Assembly (NCBI GenBank): GCA_965219415.1
Contig: OZ244742.1
Span: 1,792,001-1,856,000 of the forward strand
From: Candidatus Marinacidobacterales bacterium
GTDB taxonomy: Bacteria > Acidobacteriota > Vicinamibacteria > Marinacidobacterales > DATDRI01
DNA length: 64,000 nt
Reading direction: 5' to 3'
Translations under genes and position numbers: made by a program
The notes under the pieces: generated by a model
What the model was told of the DNA's origin: nothing
Database searches by the model: none
What the model saw: the letters and a program-made list of their open reading frames with translations, nothing else
Shown here: positions 53,337-63,076 of the stretch, one piece after another
How positions within the stretch are numbered: position 1 is the stretch's first letter
How the letters are laid out: every line of letters starts with the position of its first letter

Positions 53337-54155
53337 TTGTGGCCCAACGAGGCTCTCTCGAACGCGGTCATCCGATTTCTGACCCGAGAAGTCCACAACT
53401 ATCAGCGTCGCATCCCCAATAACCTCGAAAAACTGAAGAAGCACATTCGACCGGGCGATGTCTCGCTGGTCGAGGGCAAGTCGCGCATCTCCCAGATCAT
53501 CAAGTACCTGACCCAGAGCTCATGGTCCCATTCTGCCATTTACGTCGGCGACCACATCGAGATTAGGGGACACCCCATGGCCCAGCAGTACCGGGATCAA
53601 TATGGGGAGGAGTCGCGGCACCTGCTGCTCGAAGCTGAGTTGTCGTCGGGCGTGACGGCGGTGCCACTTACCAAGTACCTCGATTATAACTTGAGGCTAT
53701 GCCGTCCTTACTCTTTGTCGATCGATGATCTCGAGAAAGTGCTCGGTGAGGTCATTGCCCATCTCGGCGATACCTACGACCGCAAGGGGCTCCTCGATCT
53801 GGGGCGCTACCTAACTCCGTTTTCTCTCATTCCGGCACGCTGGCGCAAAAAGGCTTTCTTCCACGGCGCCAGTACCTCACGAGCCGTCATCTGTTCAGGC
53901 CTGATAGCTCGAGCGTTTTCGAACGTCCACTACCCAGTTCTCCCCCTCCCATCGAAGAATCCACGGGAGGAAGAGGAAAAGGGCCTCTTTCCGTTCGGCA
54001 AGAAATTCCGGGGCTTTCCTCCTTCCTTCACACTGCCGCGCGACTTCGATCTATCACCGTACTTTCAGATCGTGAAATTCAACCTGGTGCGAGAAGGCCC
54101 GATCGATTATCGGGCTCTGGAATGGGAAGGTGTGTTAAACTCTGGCGATCCCTGA
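53337..54155 (+). CDS. Permuted papain-like (YiiX/YebB NlpC/P60) cysteine hydrolase
   Basis: PGDV, His in TQSSWSHSAIY, Cys in ICSGLIA, and PRDFDLSPYF. Confidence 0.85.
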   Translation: MWPNEALSNAVIRFLTREVHNYQRRIPNNLEKLKKHIRPGDVSLVEGKSRISQIIKYLTQSSWSHSAIYVGDHIEIRGHPMAQQYRDQYGEESRHLLLEAELSSGVTAVPLTKYLDYNLRLCRPYSLSIDDLEKVLGEVIAHLGDTYDRKGLLDLGRYLTPFSLIPARWRKKAFFHGASTSRAVICSGLIARAFSNVHYPVLPLPSKNPREEEEKGLFPFGKKFRGFPPSFTLPRDFDLSPYFQIVKFNLVREGPIDYRALEWEGVLNSGDP

Positions 54156-54164
54156 AGAGTTTTG

Positions 54165-54667
54165 ATGACGCGACTCGTCGTCTTCGATCTTGATGAAACG
54201 CTTTGGAGCTTGCCGGGCGGATACTGCGCGCAGATGACGCCTCCTTTTCGTCGCGACGGCGATCGAGTGCGCGATGCGTCAGGCTACCAACTCACCTTGC
54301 GACCCGATGCTCGGTCTACGCTCGAGTCTCTAGAAAACAAAGGCTCCTCATTTCAGTTGCCAGCCGATCCACACCCGAGACCGCCGGCGAGATACTGAAA
54401 TTGCTGGGCTTGCTCGAGCGTTTCAGGTGTCCGTGCTTCGCCTGGCAAGACAAAGACCTTTCCCTGGATCGCGTCCTGACCGACCTCCGAGAAAAGGAAG
54501 GAATCCGCGTCGAACCTCCGGAGGTCCTGTTCGTGGACGACTGGCCATCTAATATTCGCGACGCTGCGAAGCTCGGAATCCCCGGTCTGGTGTTCGGCCA
54601 AGACATTCACTCTCTTTCGGAAGTTCTCAATCACCTCAACGGTTCAGGAGACAAGAATGCAGTTTGA
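54165..54667 (+). pseudogene. Magnesium-dependent phosphatase-1 (HAD IIIC), frameshifted near 54343
   Basis: FDLDETLW in frame 1; SVASRS and LFVDD in frame 2; one base is missing at AAA GG CTC. Confidence 0.82.
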
Positions 54668-55310
54668 TCTTTTTGATACGGGCTCCAACACGATACTCGG
54701 CTCCGGCTCTTACGACGAGCTCAAGACTCGATTGGTAGAAAGTGGTTGCACCAAGTGCGGCCTACACGCAGGCCGGACACAGATCGTGGTCGATCGCGGT
54801 AATCCGGACGCCGCGGTCATGGTGATCGGAGAAGGACCGGGTGAGCAAGAGGACCGGCAGGGTAAGGCTTTCGTCGGACGCGCCGGTCGGACCTTCGATC
54901 AAATCATGAACGCGGTGGGGATCGATACCAACGAGGACATGCTCATTGCCAATGTGGTCAAATGCCGGCCTCCGGAAAACCGTGCGCCCCATGCCGACGA
55001 AGCGGCGGCCTGCCTACCCTTCCTGAAGCGACAGATCGAGCTGGTGCGACCGCACATCATTCTGCTTTTGGGTGCCACCGCGCTCAAGCATTTCGATAAA
55101 TCCAAGACAAACTTCCAGATGTCGGAGGAGGCGGGGAAGTTTTTCACCTTGACGGATTTCCCGAGCACTCAGTTCATGGTGCTCTATCATCCCGCCGCGC
55201 TCCTCTATAACGCCAAGCTCAAGCCCGCCATGTGGCAACACGCCAAGACACTCCGACGCCTTCTCGATCAGCGTGGCTTGATCAAAAGTAAGCTGAAACG
55301 CGCCCAATAG
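54657..55310 (+). CDS. Uracil-DNA glycosylase family 4
   Basis: [26 protein letters not shown] and YHPAA. Confidence 0.94.
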   Translation: MQFDLFDTGSNTILGSGSYDELKTRLVESGCTKCGLHAGRTQIVVDRGNPDAAVMVIGEGPGEQEDRQGKAFVGRAGRTFDQIMNAVGIDTNEDMLIANVVKCRPPENRAPHADEAAACLPFLKRQIELVRPHIILLLGATALKHFDKSKTNFQMSEEAGKFFTLTDFPSTQFMVLYHPAALLYNAKLKPAMWQHAKTLRRLLDQRGLIKSKLKRAQ

Positions 55311-55325
55311 AGTTTGTAGTCAGAT

Positions 55326-57208
55326 CTAGGGACGCTCGGCGAGCTGGACGCGAAACTCCACCGACTTTCCGTCACGCTTCACCACCACCGGTACGTCGTC
55401 GCCCGGTTTATGGCGTCGCAACGCATCGGTGAAGTCTTGAAGAGTATCGATCGCGCGCCCGTTGAAATAGATGAGGACGTCGCCTGCATGGAGACCGGCC
55501 TTGTGAGCGGGTCCCCCTTCCCGGACGTCGTCGAAACGAACGCCCTTGCCCTCGTGTCCGAAGTCCGGCACCGAGCCGAAGTAGGCCCGGTAGCCACCGC
55601 CTCCACCCTCGCGGCGTTTTCGGGGGGCGGGTTTCACGAACGCCGGGCGCTCGGGTAGAGCCTGGACATAGTCTGCCATCTGGTAGGCCAATCTCAGAAC
55701 GCGCTCTGCTCCGGAAGCGTTGATGTCATCCCAGTCGTCCGAAGGCTTGTGGTAGTCCCGATGAAGACCGGTGAAGAAGAAGAGCGACGGCACGCCTTCC
55801 ATTGTGAACGATGTGTGGTCACTCGAACCGTAACCCGAGAAGTTGAAGCTGAGCGCGAGATCCTCCTCTGTACCCAACTCGTCGAGCTTCGATTGAAAAA
55901 CCGGTGACGTTCCCACGCCGCCGACATAGAGCTTTCCCTCACGGAGGCGCCCGATCATGTCCAAGTTGAGCATGGCCACGGTGCGTTCCAGCGGATACGT
56001 CGGGTGCCGCGTGTGATAGCGCGACCCGAGCAGCCCCAGCTCCTCGCCGGCGAATGCCGCGAACAGCACACCGCGGTTGAGATCCTCTCGCTCTCCTGCC
56101 AACACGCGTGCGAGCTCCAAGATTCCTGCTGTTCCGGATGCGTTGTCATCGGCACCGTTGTGGATCCGCTTCTCTCCCCCGCCGCGAGCCGTGGAATGCC
56201 TTCCCCCGAACCCCAGGTGATCATAGTGAGCACCAATCACGAGCAACTCGTCGTTGTTCGAGGGGTTTGCCGGGTTGGAAGATGCACCGGCGGGCAAGTA
56301 GCCGAGGACGTTCTTCACGACACGTCGCTCTCGCTGCACGTCGGTGCGGAGACGCACTCGAACGCCGGTAAGCTCGAAAGAAACCGGCTCGAGGTTCTTG
56401 TCTATGTTCTCTTGCAATGCCGGGAGCTTCGCGACTCCTTCAGAAAGTAATTGCTCTACGACCGCTTGCTTCAAGTGCACAACCGGGATCGCTAAGTCGT
56501 CGGCTCCCAGATCCTGGCCGAACTTCACCAAACCCTTGGGATCACCGGGATGATTCACCGGATCGGTCACGACTAGAACCGCAGCCGCACCATGAGCCTT
56601 GGCGTTCACGACCTTGGCTACGAAGGTTGCATGCCCGCGGCGCGGATCGAAGGGACCGTCTCCGTTCTCGCGCGGGGTGTGCCGCATCACAAGGACGGCT
56701 TTTCCCTCGACGTCGATCCCCGCATAGTCATCGTATTCATGCTCGGGCGTGGTGATTCCGTAGCCCGCGAAGACAACCCGAGCCGCCTCGACGTCTCCTG
56801 TGTCGGAGAAGGTCATGGGCTCGAAATCACGATGGAGGCGTAGGTCCGTCCCGCCGCCTGGACTTTCGAAGCGCAAGGAATTGTCCGGTCCCAACGAGCC
56901 CCCCAGGTTCACCTCGAACGGCTGGAAGTAGCTGTCATCGACACCGGCGGCTTCAGGCCGAGCTCTTCGAATCGCGCTGCAATATAGGCTGCCGCTTCAT
57001 CGAGCCCCTCGCTTCCGTTCCCACGTCCACCCAACGCGTCCGAAGACAAGAAGCGGATGTGCTCGAGCGCCGAGTTACCGCTTACTAACTCGACCGACGA
57101 CCGCTTGCCCCGTGCCGACACCACCGCGGCGACGAGAGCTAACAGGGCGATCCCGAAAAACACATGTCGTCCTTGCACGCGGCGGTAGAAAGGCAGGAGA
57201 TCTCTCAT
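55326..57208 (-). pseudogene. M28 aminopeptidase with PA and PDZ domains, frameshifted near 56950
   Basis: LSSDALGGR / (KPAG)VDDSYFQPF, GAHYDHLG, GADDNASG, GEELGLLGS, NLDM, SDH, YH and C-terminal PDZ. Confidence 0.88.
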
Positions 57209-57291
57209 TCAATTCGCTCCAAAGACCATTATAGGCAGGCCGCGGTTGGCATCCAAGGCGGGCTTACCGGTCGATCTTTTCCGACCGGGAC

Positions 57292-57951
57292 TCAGCTAGG
57301 TGGGTCGAAAAGTGGTAGGGGCGGTGGATCGAGCTCGTTGAGAAGTTTCCAACCCCAACTCCGGCGGGTCTCCGGCGGAAGCTGCCCATAGCGTTCGTGG
57401 TATCGTCGGAGGAAGTCCGCGGTGGCGGCGTTCACGTAACCACCCCCTCGAACCTCCCCGAACTCATCGCGATAACGAACTAAGATTTCCTCGAAGAGAC
57501 GGTCGCGAACGTCCTTCGCAATGATCGACGCGGCTGCTACCGCAACATGGACGCCCTCGCCGAAATCGTGAGCCTCCAGGTGCGGATACTCGCCGGCAAG
57601 GGCTCCGAACAATCTCTGTCCATCCGCAACGATGCGTCGTACCGGCTGCGTCCCGGCGATGATGGCTCGGGCACCGCGCCGCTCGAGCTCGTTCAGTAAG
57701 CCCTGCGACGCAAAGTCGTCCACGGTTCGGTGGTCGAACACCTCGACATGAACGTCCTCGGCAAGACGGCGAATATGAGAGGCGAGCTCGGCTCTCTTTT
57801 TTCGCGCATCGTCCCCGGCCCCGAAGTCTTTGGAATCCGACACCCCGCGGCGCGTGAGGGCGCCGGCTCTCGGCGGACGGAGTACGACACCTGCCACGAC
57901 CATGGGACCCAGCACCGGCCCCCGACCAGCTTCGTCGATACCGAGGATCAT
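57292..57951 (-). CDS. rnhB: Ribonuclease HII
   Basis: GIDEAGRGPVLGP, DSK, VAAASIIAK and GGY. Confidence 0.93.
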   Translation of the reverse strand: MILGIDEAGRGPVLGPMVVAGVVLRPPRAGALTRRGVSDSKDFGAGDDARKKRAELASHIRRLAEDVHVEVFDHRTVDDFASQGLLNELERRGARAIIAGTQPVRRIVADGQRLFGALAGEYPHLEAHDFGEGVHVAVAAASIIAKDVRDRLFEEILVRYRDEFGEVRGGGYVNAATADFLRRYHERYGQLPPETRRSWGWKLLNELDPPPLPLFDPPS

Positions 57952-58079
57952 GGTCCATCATGTTCGCCGATTCCTGCCCGGCCTTGCAACGAAAAAAGCA
58001 TCCGGGCAGGATGTAGGGCTAGAATTGTAGGCCCGCTTACTGGGGATTGGACGCCCATATCGTCATAATGGGGAAGCTC

Positions 58080-59534
58080 ATGGCTCACGCGGAGGAGAAA
58101 GGCCAAGGGAAGTACAACGTCGTCGTGATCGGCGCCGGCACCGCTGGCCTGGTGACCGCGGCTGGGACTTCCGGCCTGGGTGGCAGGGCGGCGCTCATCG
58201 AAGCCCACAAGATGGGCGGCGACTGCCTGAATTTCGGCTGCGTCCCTTCGAAGGCCCTCATTTCGTCCGCGAACCTCGTCCAACGAATGAGGCGCAGTGA
58301 AGCCTTCGGACTGCAAGCGACCGAACCACAGTTTCGCCTGGAGGATGTCTTTGCCAGCATGAGGAAGAGACGAGCGACCATCGAGCCTCACGACTCGGTC
58401 GAGCGATTCGAGGGGCTGGGAGTCGACGTCTTCTTGGGCCGCGCCCGTTTCGTATCGCCACACGAAGTCGACGTGGACGGCACACGCCTCCGTGCCCGGA
58501 ACTTCGTCATCGCTACCGGCACCAAGGCCTTGGTGCCCCCGATCCCGGGCGTCCAAGAAATTTCATACTACACGAACGAAACGATATTCGATGAGATGCC
58601 TTCCTCACCCGACTCGCTCCTAATTCTTGGTGGAGGCCCCATCGGATGTGAGTTAGCACAAGTCATGGCGCGTCTCGGAGTATCGGTGACGGTGGTGGAG
58701 CTTCTGCCGAGGCTTCTTCCTCGAGACGACCCCGATGCCGCCGAGATCATCACCAAACGCCTCAGCGAAGAGGGTGTTCGCGTACTCACCAGATCCCCCT
58801 TGACCAAGTTCGAGAAAAAAAACGGAAAGGTCGTCGCTACGGTTGATGGCCCAGACGGAAGCCAACAAATAACGACGGAAGCGGTCTTGATCGCCACCGG
58901 CCGCAAGCCGAACACCGAAGGTCTGGATCTGGAAGCGGCCGGAGTCGATTACGGCAAGACCGGCGTCTTAGTCGATGCAACGCTAACGACGTCCCAACCG
59001 CACATCTTCGCCTGCGGCGACATCGCCGGTCCTTACCAGTTCACCCACACCGCCGATTACCAGGCGAGGATCGTGGTGCGCAACATCCTGCTGCCCTGGT
59101 TCAAGACCAAGGGAGACTACACTTGGGTGCCGTGGGTTACCTACACCGATCCCGAGGTCGCCCAAGTGGGGCTCACCGAGAACGAGGCGAAGACGCGCGG
59201 CCTTCCTCATTCCGTCTACCGCTCCGACTGGAACGACCTCGATCGAGCGATTACCGAGAACGAGCAAACCGGTTTTATCAAGGTAGTGACACCACCCGGT
59301 AACGACCGCATCTTGGGAGCCACGGTGGTCGGCGTCCACGCCGGCGACGTGCTCCACGAGCTAGTTGTCGCTGCGAAACACGGAGTGGGGCTTGCAAAAC
59401 TGTCCTCGACGATTCACGCCTATCCGACCCTTTCCCAATCCGTCCAACGTGTCGGCGATCTTTACCAGAAGGGCCGTCTGAGCCCGAATGTCTCGAAGCT
59501 CTTTCGCTGGCTCTATCGTGTCCGCAGGTCCTGA
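58080..59534 (+). CDS. Pyridine nucleotide-disulfide oxidoreductase (MerA/Lpd-like, no C-terminal Cys pair)
   Basis: GAGTAG, GGDCLNFGCVPSK, GGGPIG, YTDPE and HAYPT. Confidence 0.92.
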   Translation: MAHAEEKGQGKYNVVVIGAGTAGLVTAAGTSGLGGRAALIEAHKMGGDCLNFGCVPSKALISSANLVQRMRRSEAFGLQATEPQFRLEDVFASMRKRRATIEPHDSVERFEGLGVDVFLGRARFVSPHEVDVDGTRLRARNFVIATGTKALVPPIPGVQEISYYTNETIFDEMPSSPDSLLILGGGPIGCELAQVMARLGVSVTVVELLPRLLPRDDPDAAEIITKRLSEEGVRVLTRSPLTKFEKKNGKVVATVDGPDGSQQITTEAVLIATGRKPNTEGLDLEAAGVDYGKTGVLVDATLTTSQPHIFACGDIAGPYQFTHTADYQARIVVRNILLPWFKTKGDYTWVPWVTYTDPEVAQVGLTENEAKTRGLPHSVYRSDWNDLDRAITENEQTGFIKVVTPPGNDRILGATVVGVHAGDVLHELVVAAKHGVGLAKLSSTIHAYPTLSQSVQRVGDLYQKGRLSPNVSKLFRWLYRVRRS

Positions 59535-60226
59535 TGACCGCCCGAACCTACGCCAAGATCGGTGCTCTCGTTCTGGTCGTTGCCGCCCTGGTCGTGGCGG
59601 CGAGGATGTTGCCATTCGCGGAGTGGCTCGAAGTCTTGAACGAGTGGGTACGGGGACTCGGACCGACCGGCCTGCTAATCTATTCCGCAGTATACGCGGT
59701 GGCCGCGGTTCTGCTGCTTCCCGGGTCGCTGTTGACGGCGGCCGCGGGCGCCGTATTCGGCCTGTTGCCGGGCTTCGCCACCGTTTTGTTGGGCGCCACG
59801 GCGGGAGCGGCGCTCGCTTTTCTGGTTTCACGCCATCTCGCGCGGCGTCGGGTGGAGAGTTGGATCGAGGCGAAGCCCCGGTTCGCGGCGGTGGACAAAG
59901 CGGTAGCTAAAGAGGGATGGAAGATCGTATTCCTAACGAGGCTTTCGCCGATATTCCCTTTCAATTTTCAAAACTACGCGTACGGGCTGACAAAGATCTC
60001 TTTCTGGCACTACACGCTAGCGAGTTTGATAGGGATGATCCCGGGCTCGTTCCTATACGTGTACATCGGCTACTTGGGGCGCAGCAGCCTGGAAGCCGCA
60101 GCGGGTGGTGACAAAGTGGAGACGTTAGAGATGATCTTCTGGATCGTGGGCCTGGCGATTACCGTGCTGGTGACGGTCTTCATTACACGCATCGCCACCA
60201 AATCCCTCAAAGAGGCTGGGATCTAG
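59534..60226 (+). CDS. TVP38/TMEM64 (DedA/VTT) membrane protein
   Basis: LLPGS, GAVFG and RLSPIFPFN; TGATG coupling to the upstream gene. Confidence 0.92.
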   Translation: MTARTYAKIGALVLVVAALVVAARMLPFAEWLEVLNEWVRGLGPTGLLIYSAVYAVAAVLLLPGSLLTAAAGAVFGLLPGFATVLLGATAGAALAFLVSRHLARRRVESWIEAKPRFAAVDKAVAKEGWKIVFLTRLSPIFPFNFQNYAYGLTKISFWHYTLASLIGMIPGSFLYVYIGYLGRSSLEAAAGGDKVETLEMIFWIVGLAITVLVTVFITRIATKSLKEAGI

Positions 60227-60849
60227 TTTCTAGTCGCCACGAGATCGAAGGTCAGCTCGAGCTCGTCCTTGGTCTTGACCGATCCCCCCGCCGCTTTGAT
60301 CTGCGGCACACCGAAATCGCTTCCCTTGATCTTGAACTGGCCCTGCGCTCGAACATTCTGGTCGTCGACCGTCAACCTCAACGGAAACTTGACCTCGCCG
60401 GTCACCCCACGAAGGGTCAACTCGCCCTTGAGATTCGCCATACGCTCCCCTTCGCCGCTACTCAGCGAAAGCTCTTTAGAGACAAAGACGATCTTCGGAT
60501 AGCTCGTGACATCGAGTGCTGTGCTCTCCATCTCCGCCTGGACGGTCGCCCGATCCGCGTCACTGATATCCTCGTCGATCACGGCCAGAGAGCTTGCATC
60601 GATCTCGATACGAGTCGAAGACATATTGGGGCTATCCGGCCGCCAATCCACGTCGCCCACGATGTCGCGGATCTCGATCAAATGGTCATGACCAAATGCC
60701 TTCAGGAACCCCGCTCTGCCTACTTTCACCGTGAAGCTGCTCTCCGTCGACTGGACAGAGAAATTCCAGGTGTCTTCTGTAGACGCCTGGGCAGACGATG
60801 GAGAGACCGAGCCGAAGACAAAGACTAGACTAACGATGAGTCGATACAT
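60223..60849 (-). CDS. YceI family protein
   Basis: Signal peptide; FGHDH, YPKIVFVS, GELTLRGVT and SDFGV. Confidence 0.88.
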   Translation of the reverse strand: MYRLIVSLVFVFGSVSPSSAQASTEDTWNFSVQSTESSFTVKVGRAGFLKAFGHDHLIEIRDIVGDVDWRPDSPNMSSTRIEIDASSLAVIDEDISDADRATVQAEMESTALDVTSYPKIVFVSKELSLSSGEGERMANLKGELTLRGVTGEVKFPLRLTVDDQNVRAQGQFKIKGSDFGVPQIKAAGGSVKTKDELELTFDLVATRN

Positions 60850-60982
60850 GCTGCCTCCTCGAAGTTGGCCCAGTCTACACCAAAAAAATTTCCGCTCCTT
60901 GATCCATCCCACCCTCGCAGCTAACATCGACCAGTTCGCGACAGATCCATACCGTTGACGAGCCGTAGAATCAGGAGATGAT

Positions 60983-61774
60983 ATGAAAACCCCCGCAGCC
61001 TTACTTGGCATACTGATGTCCTTGGCAACCCTCGCAGGCGCCTGGCAACCGGCGCGAGAAACGAGTGAGACACCGGCCTTGCCACGAAACTTGGAGACCG
61101 AATTGGCCCTAAGCGCACTGCCTCCGCATCTTAGAGACGACGCGACTGTCTATATTGTGGGGACGTCCCAGACATTCGAGATGGCGCGCGATGGAAGCAA
61201 TGGATTCCATACGTTCGTTTCTCGCTTCGACCCAAATGCATTCAACGGGGACTGGCCCTTCACGGAATACCGGGACGACATTCTCCTCCCCATCGCTTTC
61301 GACGATGCCGGCTCCCGAGCACACATGCCGGTCTACTTCGACATGGCAGAGATGCGCGCCTCGGGAACATTCGCCGAGGAACTCAAGGCCATCGTAGTCG
61401 AGCGATGGGAGAACGGGCACTACAAGATTCCAGAGAGAGCGGGAATCTCCTACATGTTGGCACCGATGTTTCGTACCTATCGCAACCCTGATATCGAAGT
61501 GAACAAAGTAACGACGACCAACGCTCCCCACTACATGTTCTACGCCCCCGGTGTCTCCAACGAAGACATAGGCGGGAAGTTCCTCAGCGAACATCCCTTC
61601 GTGCTGAATCGAACGCCCGGCCCCCATGGATACATCATTCAGTTCGTCGGGAAGGCGGAGAAAGAAGCGATCAACGAGGAGTATGCGGATATGCTGGCAC
61701 GGCTTTGCGAGCTCAGGGAAAGCTATTGCCTAGTCTCACCGATGTCTAACTCCCCTTCTCATAAGTCCCCATGA
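60983..61774 (+). CDS. Secreted hypothetical protein
   Basis: Signal peptide; LALSALP, GISYMLAP and PHYMFYAP; AGGAG RBS. Confidence 0.75.
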   Translation: MKTPAALLGILMSLATLAGAWQPARETSETPALPRNLETELALSALPPHLRDDATVYIVGTSQTFEMARDGSNGFHTFVSRFDPNAFNGDWPFTEYRDDILLPIAFDDAGSRAHMPVYFDMAEMRASGTFAEELKAIVVERWENGHYKIPERAGISYMLAPMFRTYRNPDIEVNKVTTTNAPHYMFYAPGVSNEDIGGKFLSEHPFVLNRTPGPHGYIIQFVGKAEKEAINEEYADMLARLCELRESYCLVSPMSNSPSHKSP

Positions 61775-62222
61775 TCTCGGCGCGGGCGAGGATATGCCCC
61801 TCCATCGCCTCCTCGAGCTCCTGCTTCGTCGGGCTGCCGAGATCAGGAAGCACGGTATCCAGCGCATAGAGCTTGTGAAAGTAACGGTGACGCCCGATGG
61901 GTGGGCAGGGTCCGCGATATCCGGTCTCGCCCCAATCGTTCTTTCCCTCGCCGGCGCCCTCGGGTAGCGCGTCGGATGAGACCCCTTCATCCAAGCTTCC
62001 GGCGACGGCCGGTAAGTTGTAAAGCACCCAGTGCGACCAGATCGTCTTCGGTGCCTGCGGATCAGGGGCATCCGGGTCATCGACGATGAGTGCCAGTCGT
62101 TTCGTGCCGTCCGGCAAATCCGACCAGGAAAGCGCCGGCGACACGTCTCTCCCTTCACAGGTGTGCTGGGCGGGAATCTCCCCTTCGTGGGTAAAGCTGG
62201 ATGAGCTCAGTACAAAGGCCAT
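61746..62222 (-). CDS. YbhB/YbcL (PEBP/Raf kinase inhibitor-like) protein
   Basis: SPALSW, DDPDAP, HWVLYN and GPCPP.GRHRY. Confidence 0.94.
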   Translation of the reverse strand: MAFVLSSSSFTHEGEIPAQHTCEGRDVSPALSWSDLPDGTKRLALIVDDPDAPDPQAPKTIWSHWVLYNLPAVAGSLDEGVSSDALPEGAGEGKNDWGETGYRGPCPPIGRHRYFHKLYALDTVLPDLGSPTKQELEEAMEGHILARAEIMGTYEKGS

Positions 62223-62313
62223 GGCGATCCTCCTTTAGGACAGGGACTCGTGTCATTTCATTTGATTATATCGGTGCCATCCCTCTAGAATCTTGATACG
62301 GAGGAATGGTGAC

Positions 62314-63063
62314 ATGATGAGAAGTGGCAACCCCGCACTGACCGCCAACACTTTTACTGCAATGGCTCCCGCCGCGTCGAGCCAAGACGCCATGACCATT
62401 CAAGGGGCGGTGAACAAGACCGCCATCCTGCTGTTTCTCGTCGTCCTGACAGCGTCCTGGACCTGGAACATGTTCCTCACCAGCCCGAACCCGGCCACCG
62501 TCATGCCGTGGTTGTTGGGAGGCGCTATCGGCGGATTCATCGTCGCCATGGTGACCATCTTCAAGAAGACCTGGGCGGGTTTCACCGCGCCCATCTACGC
62601 CCTGCTCGAGGGCCTTTTCCTGGGCGCCATTTCCTCGATGTTCGAAGCGCGGTTCCCCGGAATCGTCATTCAAGCAGTCGCCCTAACGTTCGGAACGCTG
62701 TTTGCGCTTCTCCTCGCGTACAAATCTGGCCTCATCAAGGCCACCGAGAACTTCAAGCTCGGTGTGACCGCGGCCACCGGCGGCATCGCGCTGGTTTATT
62801 TCGCGACTTTCGTCCTCGGCTTTTTCGGGGTCTCGGTTCCGTATATCCACGGAAGCGGCCTGATTGGAATCGGCTTCAGCCTCTTCGTTGTCGTCATCGC
62901 CGCACTCAACCTCGTACTGGACTTCGATTTCATCGAGAAGGGAGTCGAGGTAGGCGCGCCGAAGTACATGGAGTGGTTTGGTGCCTTCGGACTCGTTGTC
63001 ACTCTGATCTGGCTCTACCTCGAGATTCTGATACTACTCTCTAAGCTATACAGCCGCCGTTAG
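62314..63063 (+). CDS. Bax inhibitor-1/YccA family membrane protein
   Basis: MRSGNP, YALLEG, NLVLDFD and TLIWLYLEIL. Confidence 0.92.
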   Translation: MMRSGNPALTANTFTAMAPAASSQDAMTIQGAVNKTAILLFLVVLTASWTWNMFLTSPNPATVMPWLLGGAIGGFIVAMVTIFKKTWAGFTAPIYALLEGLFLGAISSMFEARFPGIVIQAVALTFGTLFALLLAYKSGLIKATENFKLGVTAATGGIALVYFATFVLGFFGVSVPYIHGSGLIGIGFSLFVVVIAALNLVLDFDFIEKGVEVGAPKYMEWFGAFGLVVTLIWLYLEILILLSKLYSRR

Positions 63064-63076
63064 CGGGAGACGCGAT

